From a virus (Duplodnaviria; Caudoviricetes), in IMG/VR virus record IMGVR_UViG_3300036773_000053, positions 1-44,018 of that record: a stretch of DNA of 44,018 nt. One strand, given 5' to 3'. The notes beneath the pieces were generated by a model that was not told the origin of the DNA, did no database searches, and saw only the letters and a list, made by a program, of their open reading frames with translations. The stretch's first letter is position 1; each line of letters opens with the position of its first letter. Below, piece by piece: positions 35,066 to 43,573 of this stretch. The position numbers and the translations under genes were made by a program.

Positions 35066-36121
35066 ATGTATCGCATCGATAACGCCACCGCGACATCGAC
35101 GCTGCCGACGCCGCTCCCGCCTGGGCCGGTGCCGCGCGGATTCTTCCAGAGCGGCAATCCTGCGGTCGGGCAACTGGCAACAACGGTCGATCGCGACTGG
35201 GCGAACACACAACAAGAGGAAATCGCCAACGTCGTTGAGGCCGCTGGCATCACTCTTGACAAAACCAACAACGCGCAACTGCTCGCCGCGCTGCAACATC
35301 TGTTCGTCACCCGCACGAAGGTGACAACGAATATGACGATCTATGTCAGCCCGACCGGCAACGACACGACCGGCAACGGCCTGACGCCGGGGGCTGCTTT
35401 CGCAACGATCCAGACAGCGATCAACGTCGTATATACCAATTATGATTGGAACGGGCACGTCTGCACGATCCAGCTTGCGGATGGGACATATAACTTCACC
35501 GGGGGGGCGAGTGGCTTTCAGGCTTACTTCAGCGGGATGCCGTTCGGGATGCCGGCATTCGGCCTGACGCTGCAGGGCAATCTGTCGCTGCCGCAGAACG
35601 TCATATTGAACGCGACTGCCGCAAGCTGCATCATGGCCGATCGCGCGCTAATGCAGGTTGGTGGTCTAACCGTTACCGCGAGCGGCATAGTCTCTACGCC
35701 GACCGCCGTCCAAGGCATCGGCATCGGTGCGCAACGGGGCGGCTGGGTGCAATGCTCCATTGTCAGCGCGGTAAATTGCGCGGTGGCCGGCTTTCGCGCC
35801 GATAATGGCGCCGCCGTCGTGCTGTCGGGCGTCAACCTCACGTTGGGCGGCGCCGGACAATTCGGCTGCTTTGTCGGACTGGCTGGTGAAATCTTCACGA
35901 CGGGCTCGACCATCAACGTCACTGGCTTCAGCGCTACACAAGCCGTGTTCGCGTCCACTCAGGGGCTTTGCGCGACAGATGCCACGACCTTCATCGGTAG
36001 CGCGACTGGGGTCCGCTACACCGCGCTTAATTGCGGTGTCATCACAACAGGTGGTGGTGGGGCGAACTACCTGCCCGGCAGCATTGTGGGCAACGTCGGC
36101 GCGGGCGGTGTATATACTTAG
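35066..36121 (+). CDS. Tail fibre/spike protein
   Basis: MYRIDN...WANTQQEEIANVVEAAGITLDK...QLLAAL anchor, then YVSPTGND...FATIQTAI beta-helix. Confidence 0.85.
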   Translation: MYRIDNATATSTLPTPLPPGPVPRGFFQSGNPAVGQLATTVDRDWANTQQEEIANVVEAAGITLDKTNNAQLLAALQHLFVTRTKVTTNMTIYVSPTGNDTTGNGLTPGAAFATIQTAINVVYTNYDWNGHVCTIQLADGTYNFTGGASGFQAYFSGMPFGMPAFGLTLQGNLSLPQNVILNATAASCIMADRALMQVGGLTVTASGIVSTPTAVQGIGIGAQRGGWVQCSIVSAVNCAVAGFRADNGAAVVLSGVNLTLGGAGQFGCFVGLAGEIFTTGSTINVTGFSATQAVFASTQGLCATDATTFIGSATGVRYTALNCGVITTGGGGANYLPGSIVGNVGAGGVYT

Positions 36122-36136
36122 GGAGACTGATCGGTT

Positions 36137-36418
36137 ATGGCGCAGCTATTCAATCCGCTAGACTGGTATTGGATCGTTGGCGGCAACGGCCCGCACATCG
36201 ATGAACCTGGGGGCGACTTTTCCGGCGACGCATCGCGCGTGTTCTCATCCGCGCGCAACGGCTATGTGCCGGCGACCGATGCAACGTATGTGGCGTGGCG
36301 CGACGCGGGGCAGGCTGAGAGCGGCACCGACCGCACGACGCGCATCGATACCGAGGACAACCTCGCCGCCGTGCTGCAACCCTACGGCATCACCGCGAAT
36401 TTCACCGGGGGCACCTGA
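36137..36418 (+). CDS. Tail fibre-associated small protein
   Basis: GGGAG RBS; FNPLDWYWIV...DATYVAW; follows the fibre gene. Confidence 0.65.
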   Translation: MAQLFNPLDWYWIVGGNGPHIDEPGGDFSGDASRVFSSARNGYVPATDATYVAWRDAGQAESGTDRTTRIDTEDNLAAVLQPYGITANFTGGT

Positions 36419-36759
36419 TGGCAACCTGGGTCGCTGCCCGGCCGGAAACCTACTTCGGCCAGACCGTAGGCAAGGGCCATTGCGTGGCGTTCGTCCGCGC
36501 CGCATCGGACGCGCCGCACACCTCGGAATGGCGGTGTGGAGACAACGTGCGCGCCGCGCTCGATGTTCCGAAGGGGCAGGCCATCGCCACGTTCGATGTG
36601 GACGGCCGCTACGGTAACCACACTGACGGGCGCAGCCACGCCGCGATCCTGATCGCGCGCCACGCCGATGGGTTGCTGGTCTGGGATCAATGGGTGGGCC
36701 ACCCGGTGCAGCAACGGCAGGTCAGGATGCATCGTTCGCGCTCGGTGGTCATTGCCTAG
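36418..36759 (+). CDS. Second BPSL0067/Tae2-like amidase (C-terminus shortened)
   Basis: GKGHCVAFVR...HTSEW...AIATF...GRYGNHTDGRSHAAI...WDQW. Confidence 0.72.
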   Translation: MATWVAARPETYFGQTVGKGHCVAFVRAASDAPHTSEWRCGDNVRAALDVPKGQAIATFDVDGRYGNHTDGRSHAAILIARHADGLLVWDQWVGHPVQQRQVRMHRSRSVVIA

Positions 36760-37205
36760 CCCGCTCCATGATCATCCCCGCGTCGAGCAGCATCCGCAGC
36801 AAGGGCACCGCGTCGGCGGACGGCAGCGACACGTCCAGCCGGATGCGGGCCAGCCCGTCACCGTCCACCTCGAATTGCAGCACGGGGCGCGTAGGCCCCG
36901 CCTGGGGCGTGCGGAGCGGCCCTTCAATCCTCAACACCGGCTCCGCCGCGACCTCGACCTGGGGGCCGTTGACGCGCCGCCGCATCAACTGCGCCTCGGG
37001 GATGCCGAGTGCCTTGGCGATCAGCTTGCGGGCGTCTGCCCGTGGCGCGCCCTTCGCGTTGATATAGGCGTAAACGTGCGGGGCGCCGCGCGGTCGCCCG
37101 ATCGCACGATTGAGGTCGGCCGGCTTCCATCCCTCTCGCCGCCGCGATGTGCCCGAACATCGCGACCTGGATCGGCGTCGCGGGCTTGCCACCGCCGGGC
37201 GTCAT
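36749..37205 (-). pseudogene. XRE-type HTH protein, apparently frameshifted near 37140
   Basis: Coupled ATG at 37205 (MTPGGGKPATPIQVAMFGHIAAA) is in a different frame from the HTH body (REGWKPADLNRAIG...VYAYINAKGAP...LIAKALGI). Confidence 0.55.
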
Positions 37206-37483
37206 GCCGCGCGCTCATCAACGACGCGCAACCGAGGGCGCGCGATCGGCGGCGCCGACTCCTTCCGCACCAACGAATAGTAGGCATCGCGGTAGCAGAT
37301 CGTTTGCGTCTTGAAGCCCTGGCGGAATTCGCGCCCGTTCCGCGTGGTCCAGCACCAGCCGGTCAGCAACCGCAACTCGCCGTCGCGGCGATGCTCATTC
37401 CAGGTCTGGCACATGCCCATATCCACGTAATGGATGCGCGCGACGCGATCGACCTCGGCAACGATGTTATTCGGCAACCACAT
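37202..37483 (-). CDS. Hypothetical protein
   Basis: AGGAG RBS; 93 aa, Trp/Cys-rich. Confidence 0.7.
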   Translation of the reverse strand: MWLPNNIVAEVDRVARIHYVDMGMCQTWNEHRRDGELRLLTGWCWTTRNGREFRQGFKTQTICYRDAYYSLVRKESAPPIARPRLRVVDERAA

Positions 37484-37761
37484 TGTCCGCTCCTGTCATC
37501 TCAACTCGATTGCCACGGAAAAAACAGACCACCCGAATCTTGCGTCCTCTAGGGGTCGCCACTGAGGCGCTCGACGGTGACCTCAACGATGGTGGAGGCG
37601 AAGCCGGGGCTGGTCCTGATGACCCAATAGGTTTGAATTCGCCCCTGGCTACGCTCGACAAAAGATGTCGCCCGGAATAAGCTCGCCGGCCTGTTTGTGG
37701 TATGGCCCCATTGGCCCGCCCCCCCCCTCGCCCGTTGTTGGCGGGGCGACGGTAACGCGCG

Positions 37762-37778
37762 GTTGCCTTAACGGCAAC
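37762..37778. promoter_or_regulatory. 17-bp operator-like palindrome GTTGCCTTAACGGCAAC
   Basis: 16/17 identical to 39643-39659; just downstream of the integrase stop. Confidence 0.65.
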
Positions 37779-37796
37779 CCGGCCCCGTAGCGGGGC

Positions 37797-39173
37797 CTAG
37801 GCGACCCGCCTAGGCAGGCGGACGACGTTCCCGGTGGTTGCTACCGCTTCCGCCGCCACCGGCTCTAGGCCGATCAGAGCGAGCGCGGACGGGGCGCCTT
37901 GCATGAGCTTGTCCGCCCAGGCGCACGCCACCCGGCGGCGATCCTCGATCAGTTCGGAATGGTCATAGACCAGCGCGGTATGCGAGGCGCCGATCGGCTT
38001 GTGCGCGAGCATCCCGTCAATCACCGGCCGGTCGCGGAAGTTCGCTTCCGCCATGATGGTCGCGAAGCTATGCCGCCAGCCGTGCGGGGTATGCACGGAA
38101 CCAAGCTCGGCATCCGTCAATGCCCGCTCCATCGCTCCGTTCAACGAGGCCGCATTCATCGTGCCGAGATGGGCGAGGTGCGAGGGGAACACGTATTCGT
38201 TGCGCTTGATCCTGTGGGCGGCACGAAGCACCTCGATCGCATGGGGCGATAGCGCGACAACGTGGGCCCGCCGACTGCCCGTCTTGCCCTTCATCCGTTC
38301 CGCCGGGATCGTCCAGAGGCCGCGCTCGAGGTCGACCTCATCCCACCGCGCGCCGACCGCCTCGCCTTTGCGGACAGCCGTCATGGCGATCAGGCGATGG
38401 CAGAGCAGCATCCAGGGCGTCAGCGCGCGGCGCTGCAAGGCCGGGGGGAATTCAAACGCCGCCAGCACCGCGCGCGCCCGCTCGATCGTTCGGACGTGGG
38501 ACTGGTGTCGGTGACGGCTGACGGTATGGCTCGGCAGGTCAACCGCGACCTGGGTCACCGGATTGAACGGCACCAGCCTATGCCGCAACGCATAGTCGAA
38601 TATGCGCCCGAGATATTGCTTTATGCAGGTTGCGGTCGCCGGTCTCGACTTGTGCAGCGCGAATATGAGTTCCTCGACCTGTTCCATCGTGACGCTGGCA
38701 ACCGGCAAGTCGCCCAGCTTGGGATAGACCAGCCGATCGAGCCGCGACCGCATCGCGGCGTCCCACTTGTCAGTCCAGTTCGTCTTGATCCTGGCGCGCT
38801 CGGCCCAGCGCTCGCCTACCGCGCGCAGCGTATTGGCCTCGCCGTCCAGGCGGCTCGCGACCCGCGCCTGGAGTTGCAGCTTGGGATTGCCGCCCTGGCG
38901 GACTTGCTCGCGGATTGCCGCCCGCGCGGCATGGGCGTCGCGGATCGACATCGCGGGGAAATAGCCGAGCACGGTCGTCGTGCCCTTGCCGCCCTTCGCC
39001 CGATACTTGCAGCGCCACGACTTGACGCCCGATGGCGTCACCCAGAGGAACAACCCCTGGCCGAAGTTCAGGAATAACGGCTTGTCGGTTGCCTTCGCGG
39101 CCTTGGCCTCGGCGAAGGTTGCGAGGCGTTGCTTGCGGGGCACGGTCGCGGATACGGTAGCGGCGTCAGACAT
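37797..39173 (-). CDS. int: Tyrosine integrase (P4-like, with N-terminal arm-binding domain)
   Basis: GQGLFLWVTPSGVKSW arm domain; catalytic R (VRKGE), K (MKG), HGWR, LAH, Y (VYD); AGGAG RBS before ATG 39173. Confidence 0.95.
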   Translation of the reverse strand: MSDAATVSATVPRKQRLATFAEAKAAKATDKPLFLNFGQGLFLWVTPSGVKSWRCKYRAKGGKGTTTVLGYFPAMSIRDAHAARAAIREQVRQGGNPKLQLQARVASRLDGEANTLRAVGERWAERARIKTNWTDKWDAAMRSRLDRLVYPKLGDLPVASVTMEQVEELIFALHKSRPATATCIKQYLGRIFDYALRHRLVPFNPVTQVAVDLPSHTVSRHRHQSHVRTIERARAVLAAFEFPPALQRRALTPWMLLCHRLIAMTAVRKGEAVGARWDEVDLERGLWTIPAERMKGKTGSRRAHVVALSPHAIEVLRAAHRIKRNEYVFPSHLAHLGTMNAASLNGAMERALTDAELGSVHTPHGWRHSFATIMAEANFRDRPVIDGMLAHKPIGASHTALVYDHSELIEDRRRVACAWADKLMQGAPSALALIGLEPVAAEAVATTGNVVRLPRRVA

Positions 39174-39200
39174 CTGGGTTGCTCCTGTGTAGGACAAGCG

Positions 39201-39233
39201 AGCGGCGCACCTTGGGCAAGGGGGGCGCCGCTT
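39201..39233. terminator. GC-rich hairpin between the upstream gene and the int RBS
   Basis: AGCGGCGC...GCGCCGCT stem with inner CCTTG/CAAGG; no clear U-tract on the minus strand. Confidence 0.35.
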
Positions 39234-39245
39234 CTCGTTTGTGGG

Positions 39246-39581
39246 TCAGTTCGCGAGCGGGGCTGATGGCAGGCATTTGGCGAGGACGGCATCATTGCGA
39301 CGCAGCCAGATGGTCGAGGGGATGACATGTCGCATCCTGGCCTCCGCCATGATGTCGGTTTGCTCGGCCATGCTCATGCCACCGGGACCGCCGCCGAACC
39401 CGCGCACGCCGCAGCGGTGTTCGATTGTGTAGATGTCCTGAACCATCAACGGGATGTTCGCCGCTGCCGCCTGTCGGACTAGCTCGATGGTCAAGGCCGG
39501 AAGGTCGGCATGGGCGGCGGGCGCGATCGTGACCGCGATGGCGGTGGCAAGAACGGCAAGGGAACGCTTGTATATACGCAT
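39246..39581 (-). CDS. Secreted protein with signal peptide (moron-like)
   Basis: MRIYKRSLAVLATAIAVTIAPAAHA|D, AxA cleavage site; AGGAG RBS. Confidence 0.75.
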   Translation of the reverse strand: MRIYKRSLAVLATAIAVTIAPAAHADLPALTIELVRQAAAANIPLMVQDIYTIEHRCGVRGFGGGPGGMSMAEQTDIMAEARMRHVIPSTIWLRRNDAVLAKCLPSAPLAN

Positions 39582-39642
39582 AGGGTGTGCTCCTGATTCC
39601 GGTAACCCATCGGTAACCTACGACTACGGGTTACCGGGTGGC

Positions 39643-39659
39643 GTTGCCATAACGGCAAC
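39643..39659. promoter_or_regulatory. 17-bp operator-like palindrome GTTGCCATAACGGCAAC
   Basis: Matches the consensus. Confidence 0.65.
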
Positions 39660-39779
39660 TCGGGCCTTATGGCAAGAAAGCCTTGGAATTGCTAGGGTTT
39701 TTCCTTACCGGTATAGACAGGTAAGGACGGGGGACGTTTTGGTGAACAACGTTGCTTCAGCGCCTAACCCATTGAAATG

Positions 39780-39796
39780 GTTGTCATTTTGGCAAC
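39780..39796. promoter_or_regulatory. 17-bp operator-like palindrome GTTGTCATTTTGGCAAC
   Basis: 16/17 identical to 320-336. Confidence 0.7.
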
Positions 39797-39883
39797 CGGG
39801 CGGAATCCGGTAACCCATCGGTAACCCACGGCAACCCTGGTATGCGCCAAACATGGGGCTTCCGCGCGCCGGCCAATGGCGCC

Positions 39884-39914
39884 CATGCCAAAATGACAAC
39901 CGTCATGGTATGAT
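39884..39914 (+). promoter_or_regulatory. Operator-like site (39884-39900) plus extended -10 TGGTATGAT
   Basis: CATGCCAAAATGACAAC is a 15/17 inverted match to 39780-39796; upstream of the 39941 gene. Confidence 0.55.
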
Positions 39915-39940
39915 CGCCGATACCGATAGGAGCCTTGCCC

Positions 39941-40153
39941 ATGAGTGCCACGACACCAATCCCCACGCTTGAGCAACAGCAGCGCGCCAAGTGGGACCTG
40001 CTGTTGCTCGATATCGAAATGCGCAGCGAACAGGTGCGCCAGATGAAACGCTATGAGCCGTGGCGTCTGGCGGCAGCGATGGCGTCGGCGAGCGCGGTGG
40101 CCGGGTCAGCGGTCGCCGCGCTGATCCTGTGGACTGCGCACCTGTTGCAATGA
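39941..40153 (+). CDS. Small protein with C-terminal transmembrane helix (moron-like)
   Basis: AGGAG RBS, own promoter, hydrophobic C-terminus. Confidence 0.65.
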   Translation: MSATTPIPTLEQQQRAKWDLLLLDIEMRSEQVRQMKRYEPWRLAAAMASASAVAGSAVAALILWTAHLLQ

Positions 40154-40383
40154 CGACGGATGAGTTCGCCGAGCGGAGCGCGCGCATCCAGCAAGCCAGC
40201 CAATGCCGCATCGGCTTGCTCAGACTCCAGCGCCACCTGGAAGTCGCCGACGCGGAGCAGGATCAGCGTGACGGATGAGCCGTGGCCGATCTCGATCGCC
40301 ACGCCATCGGCCTCCGGCTCAAGCATCCGCCGCACAAGCTCCGCGAACGCCCGGAAGCCGCCGTATGCGAGGATCGTTTTCAT
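40051..40383 (-). CDS. Hypothetical protein
   Basis: ATGA-coupled start MKTILAYGGFRAFAELVRRML. Confidence 0.5.
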   Translation of the reverse strand: MKTILAYGGFRAFAELVRRMLEPEADGVAIEIGHGSSVTLILLRVGDFQVALESEQADAALAGLLDARAPLGELIRRHCNRCAVHRISAATADPATALADAIAAARRHGS

Positions 40384-40787
40384 GGTCTGCCCTTTCGCTC
40401 GCGGACCTCTGGCGTCGGCGCCATCCGCGCGATTTCCTCGATCGACAACGGCTTGCGCCATTGCATCGTCACGCGCACATCGTGGTCCTCGACCAAGGGC
40501 TCGGTGGTGCCGCACATGCCCATGATGCGGTCGCGGATAGCCTCGATCTTTCGCACCGTCATTCGGGTCCAACGGACCACGGGGACCGGCCCGACGCCCA
40601 ACTCTTGATGGCACAGCGACAAGTGCCAGAGCGGACGCCCGCCAGCGTAAACGGTTCATTCCATTCCGATGTTGACCGTGAGGCACGCCGAGACGGTATC
40701 GCCCGCGCGCCAATAGTGGCCGGTGACGATCTGGCGCTCGGGATCGAACACCGGATGGGCGAGCGCGAATTCGATCTGTGATCTCAC
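40380..40787 (-). CDS. Hypothetical protein with in-frame TGA at 40656-40658 (recoded, or a pseudogene)
   Basis: AGGAGG RBS + GTG 40787; MRSQIEFALAHPVF...VNIGME*TVYAGGRPLWHLSLCHQ... continues in the same frame to 40380. Confidence 0.6.
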
Positions 40788-41026
40788 GGCTTCCTCCTGG
40801 GCTTCGCTAAGGCGGTTTTCCGGGCGCTACGCGGCGCCGGGCACGCGGCCGGCGGGATTGGAGCGGCCGGCGCAGCAAGCCAGCCACGGGCCGTTGCGCA
40901 CCGCGCGCACCATGCCTTGTCGCGTGCCCCGCGATTGACCAGCACATGACCGGGCGCATAGGTCGCCTCGCAACCGGGAGCGACCGTCATCGCCTTCCGG
41001 CCGCAGGCGCATCGGGGCACAGTCAC
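40784..41026 (-). CDS. Small Zn-finger hypothetical protein
   Basis: RCACG...WCARC; coupled GTGA overlaps. Confidence 0.6.
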   Translation of the reverse strand: MTVPRCACGRKAMTVAPGCEATYAPGHVLVNRGARDKAWCARCATARGWLAAPAAPIPPAACPAPRSARKTALAKPRRKP

Positions 41027-41106
41027 AGCACCAGCACGATCAACCCGAAGCCGATCCAGATCAGCGCGAGCAGGGCGAGCAGGCTCAGGACTCTCGCCGC
41101 CTCCAC
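41023..41106 (-). CDS. 27-aa single-TM peptide
   Basis: MEAARVLSLLALLALIWIGFGLIVLVL fills the gap between neighbouring genes. Confidence 0.5.
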   Translation of the reverse strand: MEAARVLSLLALLALIWIGFGLIVLVL

Positions 41107-41107
41107 G

Positions 41108-41308
41108 TCAGGCATCCCTGGTCATCGCATACACCTGATCGGCGACAAGCTGGGCCGCGCGCATGGTGCGGAAAGGCTTGTCGCAGCACGGGCATCGATC
41201 GAGCGCGAGGCCATCGGACTTGGGCAGGATCACCCAGCCCTCGCCGCCCTCGATTACCGCCAGCCCATCGCTCCGCATGCCCTCATCGGTCCACCGTTCC
41301 TCGCCCAT
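41108..41308 (-). CDS. Small CxxC hypothetical protein
   Basis: GGAGG RBS; RCPCCDKPF. Confidence 0.65.
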   Translation of the reverse strand: MGEERWTDEGMRSDGLAVIEGGEGWVILPKSDGLALDRCPCCDKPFRTMRAAQLVADQVYAMTRDA

Positions 41309-41486
41309 TGCTTCCCTCCAGATATTTTAGAACCGCCTCCATCACGTCCCATTGCCGATCAAGCTGATTGCGTTTGTTGCGGCCGGCGTCGGCCTTCCAT
41401 TTGGGATACAGCGTCGTGCGCATCCGCAGTTCGCGCCGCACCTCAACGATCATGTCGTCAAGTGTGATCGGGAATAGCTCGGCCAC
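41283..41486 (-). CDS. Hypothetical phage protein
   Basis: ITLDDMIVEVRRELRMRTTLYPKW; operon context. Confidence 0.7.
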   Translation of the reverse strand: MAELFPITLDDMIVEVRRELRMRTTLYPKWKADAGRNKRNQLDRQWDVMEAVLKYLEGSNGRGTVDR

Positions 41487-41728
41487 TACCGTTTGCGCCC
41501 CTTGCGCTTGCCCTGTTGCTGCGCGGCGGCGTGCTGCTCGACCCAGTGGTTGAAATCCGCCGCGCGCCAGCGGATCAGCCGGCCGAGCCGCAAGGGTTCC
41601 AGAAAGCGGCCGTCGCCTGACATCACCCAGACGGTTTTCTCGCTCACGCCGAGCCGGTCGCTGACCTGCTTGATGTCGAGCAACCGCTCGATGTCATCTT
41701 CCTCGACGTGACGCGCCTCGATCTGCAT
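41486..41728 (-). CDS. AlpA-family HTH, probable excisionase/RDF
   Basis: RLLDIKQVSDRLGVSEKTVW...GRFLEPLRLGRLIRW. Confidence 0.85.
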   Translation of the reverse strand: MQIEARHVEEDDIERLLDIKQVSDRLGVSEKTVWVMSGDGRFLEPLRLGRLIRWRAADFNHWVEQHAAAQQQGKRKGRKR

Positions 41729-41955
41729 TAGGCCGCCAGCCCGCCGCCCACATGTAGCGGCGGCATTTGCGGCACGTCTTCGATGTCGAGTTGCTGCGGA
41801 TTGCGCGCGTCGTCATCACCGGCTGGCATGGCGTCGATCCGCGCGCCCCAATAGGCCAGCACGCGACGCCGGCCGCCAAGCGACAGGCTTGCCAGATCGC
41901 GCATACCGCGCCGCATGATCTCCATCTCGTGGTCGGGCTTGTGCTTGGTGCTCAT
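41728..41955 (-). CDS. Hypothetical protein
   Basis: Coupled overlaps on both sides, GGAGG RBS. Confidence 0.65.
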   Translation of the reverse strand: MSTKHKPDHEMEIMRRGMRDLASLSLGGRRRVLAYWGARIDAMPAGDDDARNPQQLDIEDVPQMPPLHVGGGLAA

Positions 41956-43013
41956 GTGCCTGTGCCTCCCTTCAATGCCGCCTTGCGTAGCTCGATCGCC
42001 TCGTTGATGCGGTCGTGGTCAGGCGGGAACATGTCGCGTGCCTTGACCGCCCAAGCCTTGTTGCTGGGCAGCATGGACAGCGCTTCGGCGTCCATCGTCT
42101 CGATCTCGGCGATCAATTCCGCCACGGGATCGTCCCAGCCCGGCCCGCCATCATCGCCGGCCGGGTCCGTGGCTACGTCATCGGCCGCCGGGGCAAGCCG
42201 CTCGTGCGCCTTGCGCAGCCAGTCCTCGATATTCTGCCGGATCAACAGCGGCGCCTTCGCCTTGGCCTTCAGCACCGAATGGTGCCCGCCGATCGCCACC
42301 AGGGCGTCGAGCGTTGCCGCGCCCTCGGCCATCGCCTGGAGGTTGCGCAGCCATTGCGTGCTGTCCTGCACTTCCAGCAGAGCGAGCGGATCGCGCGTCC
42401 TGTTCTGCGGTTTATCCTGGCGTGTCTTGCCACTCGATCCCGCGTCGTTCTGTCCGTCCCCGTTCTGCCCGTCGGTATCCGGCGCGAGGTCGTCTGCCAG
42501 CACGATATTAAACGCCATGCACAATAAATACCGGCGCAGGTAGGTGACTGAGCTACCCACCGCCATGATGGGCGTCTTATTGGTGGTGCCGTGTGAACCT
42601 GCTTCGTCGGGCGGCGCGTCGAGATAGTTTTCCTCCCAGTGCCCGCCGCTGTGGGAAATCGTAATGGTGATCCGCATCCAGCCTTCGCGCGAACAAGGCT
42701 GCGAGCCATACCGCACCGCGAACCCGTGATGCGTGTAAATCGGCCGCATCTGACCGTCGATCGTTTCCAGCCGCGCGTACTTGCTCTTGGTGTGCTTGTT
42801 CTGCGCATCGCGGATCACCGGCAACATCTCGGCCTGCGCCGACGCCATCGCGGTGTTGAACATCCGCTTGCTGCGGTCCTGCGCGACCTGGCGCTGCATG
42901 TCGAGCAACGCCTGAAGCTTGGCGATGTCGATGCTATCGTCCTGCGCGGCGCGGATAATGGCGTGCTCTAGCCGGTCATCATCCGGCTCAATAGTCGCAA
43001 CTGCCTGTGACAT
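41952..43013 (-). CDS. ERF-family single-strand annealing recombinase
   Basis: FNTAMASAQAEM...KYARLE...HSGGH...GSSVTYLRRY...DTDG. Confidence 0.9.
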   Translation of the reverse strand: MSQAVATIEPDDDRLEHAIIRAAQDDSIDIAKLQALLDMQRQVAQDRSKRMFNTAMASAQAEMLPVIRDAQNKHTKSKYARLETIDGQMRPIYTHHGFAVRYGSQPCSREGWMRITITISHSGGHWEENYLDAPPDEAGSHGTTNKTPIMAVGSSVTYLRRYLLCMAFNIVLADDLAPDTDGQNGDGQNDAGSSGKTRQDKPQNRTRDPLALLEVQDSTQWLRNLQAMAEGAATLDALVAIGGHHSVLKAKAKAPLLIRQNIEDWLRKAHERLAPAADDVATDPAGDDGGPGWDDPVAELIAEIETMDAEALSMLPSNKAWAVKARDMFPPDHDRINEAIELRKAALKGGTGT

Positions 43014-43025
43014 GCTCTCGCCTTT

Positions 43026-43517
43026 CTAAGCTTTGCGGATCGTCAGGACGGTGGCGCCATTGGACAGTTCCGCGCCAGCGACGGCGCCCTTCTTCAGCGC
43101 GCGCAATAGCTCGACCTTATCGATGCTGCGCCGCCAGTAGGCTTCGGGGACCGCCTTGGCGTCGGTGATGACGGCGCCGCCGGGGCCATTGCCGAGCGAT
43201 AGCGTCGCGAGCGGACGCTCCAGCTTCGGGCCGATTTCCTCCATCATGGCCTGGAGGATCGCGCGGTGCCGATCGACGCGTGCCTCGATCCGCCGCAGCC
43301 GCGCCTTGCCCGCCTCGACCATCGCCTGATCGGCGATGACGCGCTCGGCAATGCTGTCGATTAGTTCCAGCGCATTGGTCTCGCTGTCGATCGCGTCGAG
43401 GATCGCGTCGTCGTCATAGCCGGCAAGCTGCGCTTTAAGCTGCGCTACGGCTGACATCGCGCGCTCAAGCCGACGGGGCGAGACGGGGGGGTGATCTGAC
43501 ATTCGCCGTATGTCCAT
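43026..43517 (-). CDS. Siphovirus Gp157-family protein
   Basis: Coiled coil, then VITDAKAVPEAY...IDKVEL...VAGAELSNG...LTIR. Confidence 0.85.
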   Translation of the reverse strand: MDIRRMSDHPPVSPRRLERAMSAVAQLKAQLAGYDDDAILDAIDSETNALELIDSIAERVIADQAMVEAGKARLRRIEARVDRHRAILQAMMEEIGPKLERPLATLSLGNGPGGAVITDAKAVPEAYWRRSIDKVELLRALKKGAVAGAELSNGATVLTIRKA

Positions 43518-43533
43518 GACTGGAAACAGCCGG

Positions 43534-43563
43534 ACGCTACAGCGCGATTACCAACATGGCAAC
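43534..43563 (-). promoter_or_regulatory. Putative PL promoter (-35 TTGCCA, 17 bp, -10 TAGCGT) overlapped by operator ATTACCAACATGGCAAC (43547-43563)
   Basis: Hexamers and spacing read directly; upstream of the leftward early operon. Confidence 0.65.
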
Positions 43564-43573
43564 CCTAAATGAA

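Larger units (their letters stand above)
39598..39826. other. Putative attP region
   Basis: 21-bp exact direct repeats TCCGGTAACCCATCGGTAACC at 39598-39618 and 39806-39826 flank a non-coding, AT-richer core upstream of int; IHF-like TAACCCATTGAAA. Confidence 0.65.

Noticed and set aside
25242-36121. Transposable Mu-like phage
   Set aside because: Only the tail is Mu-like; there is no MuA/MuB, and the genome has a tyrosine integrase and cos-type packaging, the known SfV/P27-like mosaic
37490-37796. tRNA/ncRNA or attP downstream of int
   Set aside because: No cloverleaf or T-arm consensus found and no paired arm repeats; the region upstream of int fits attP better
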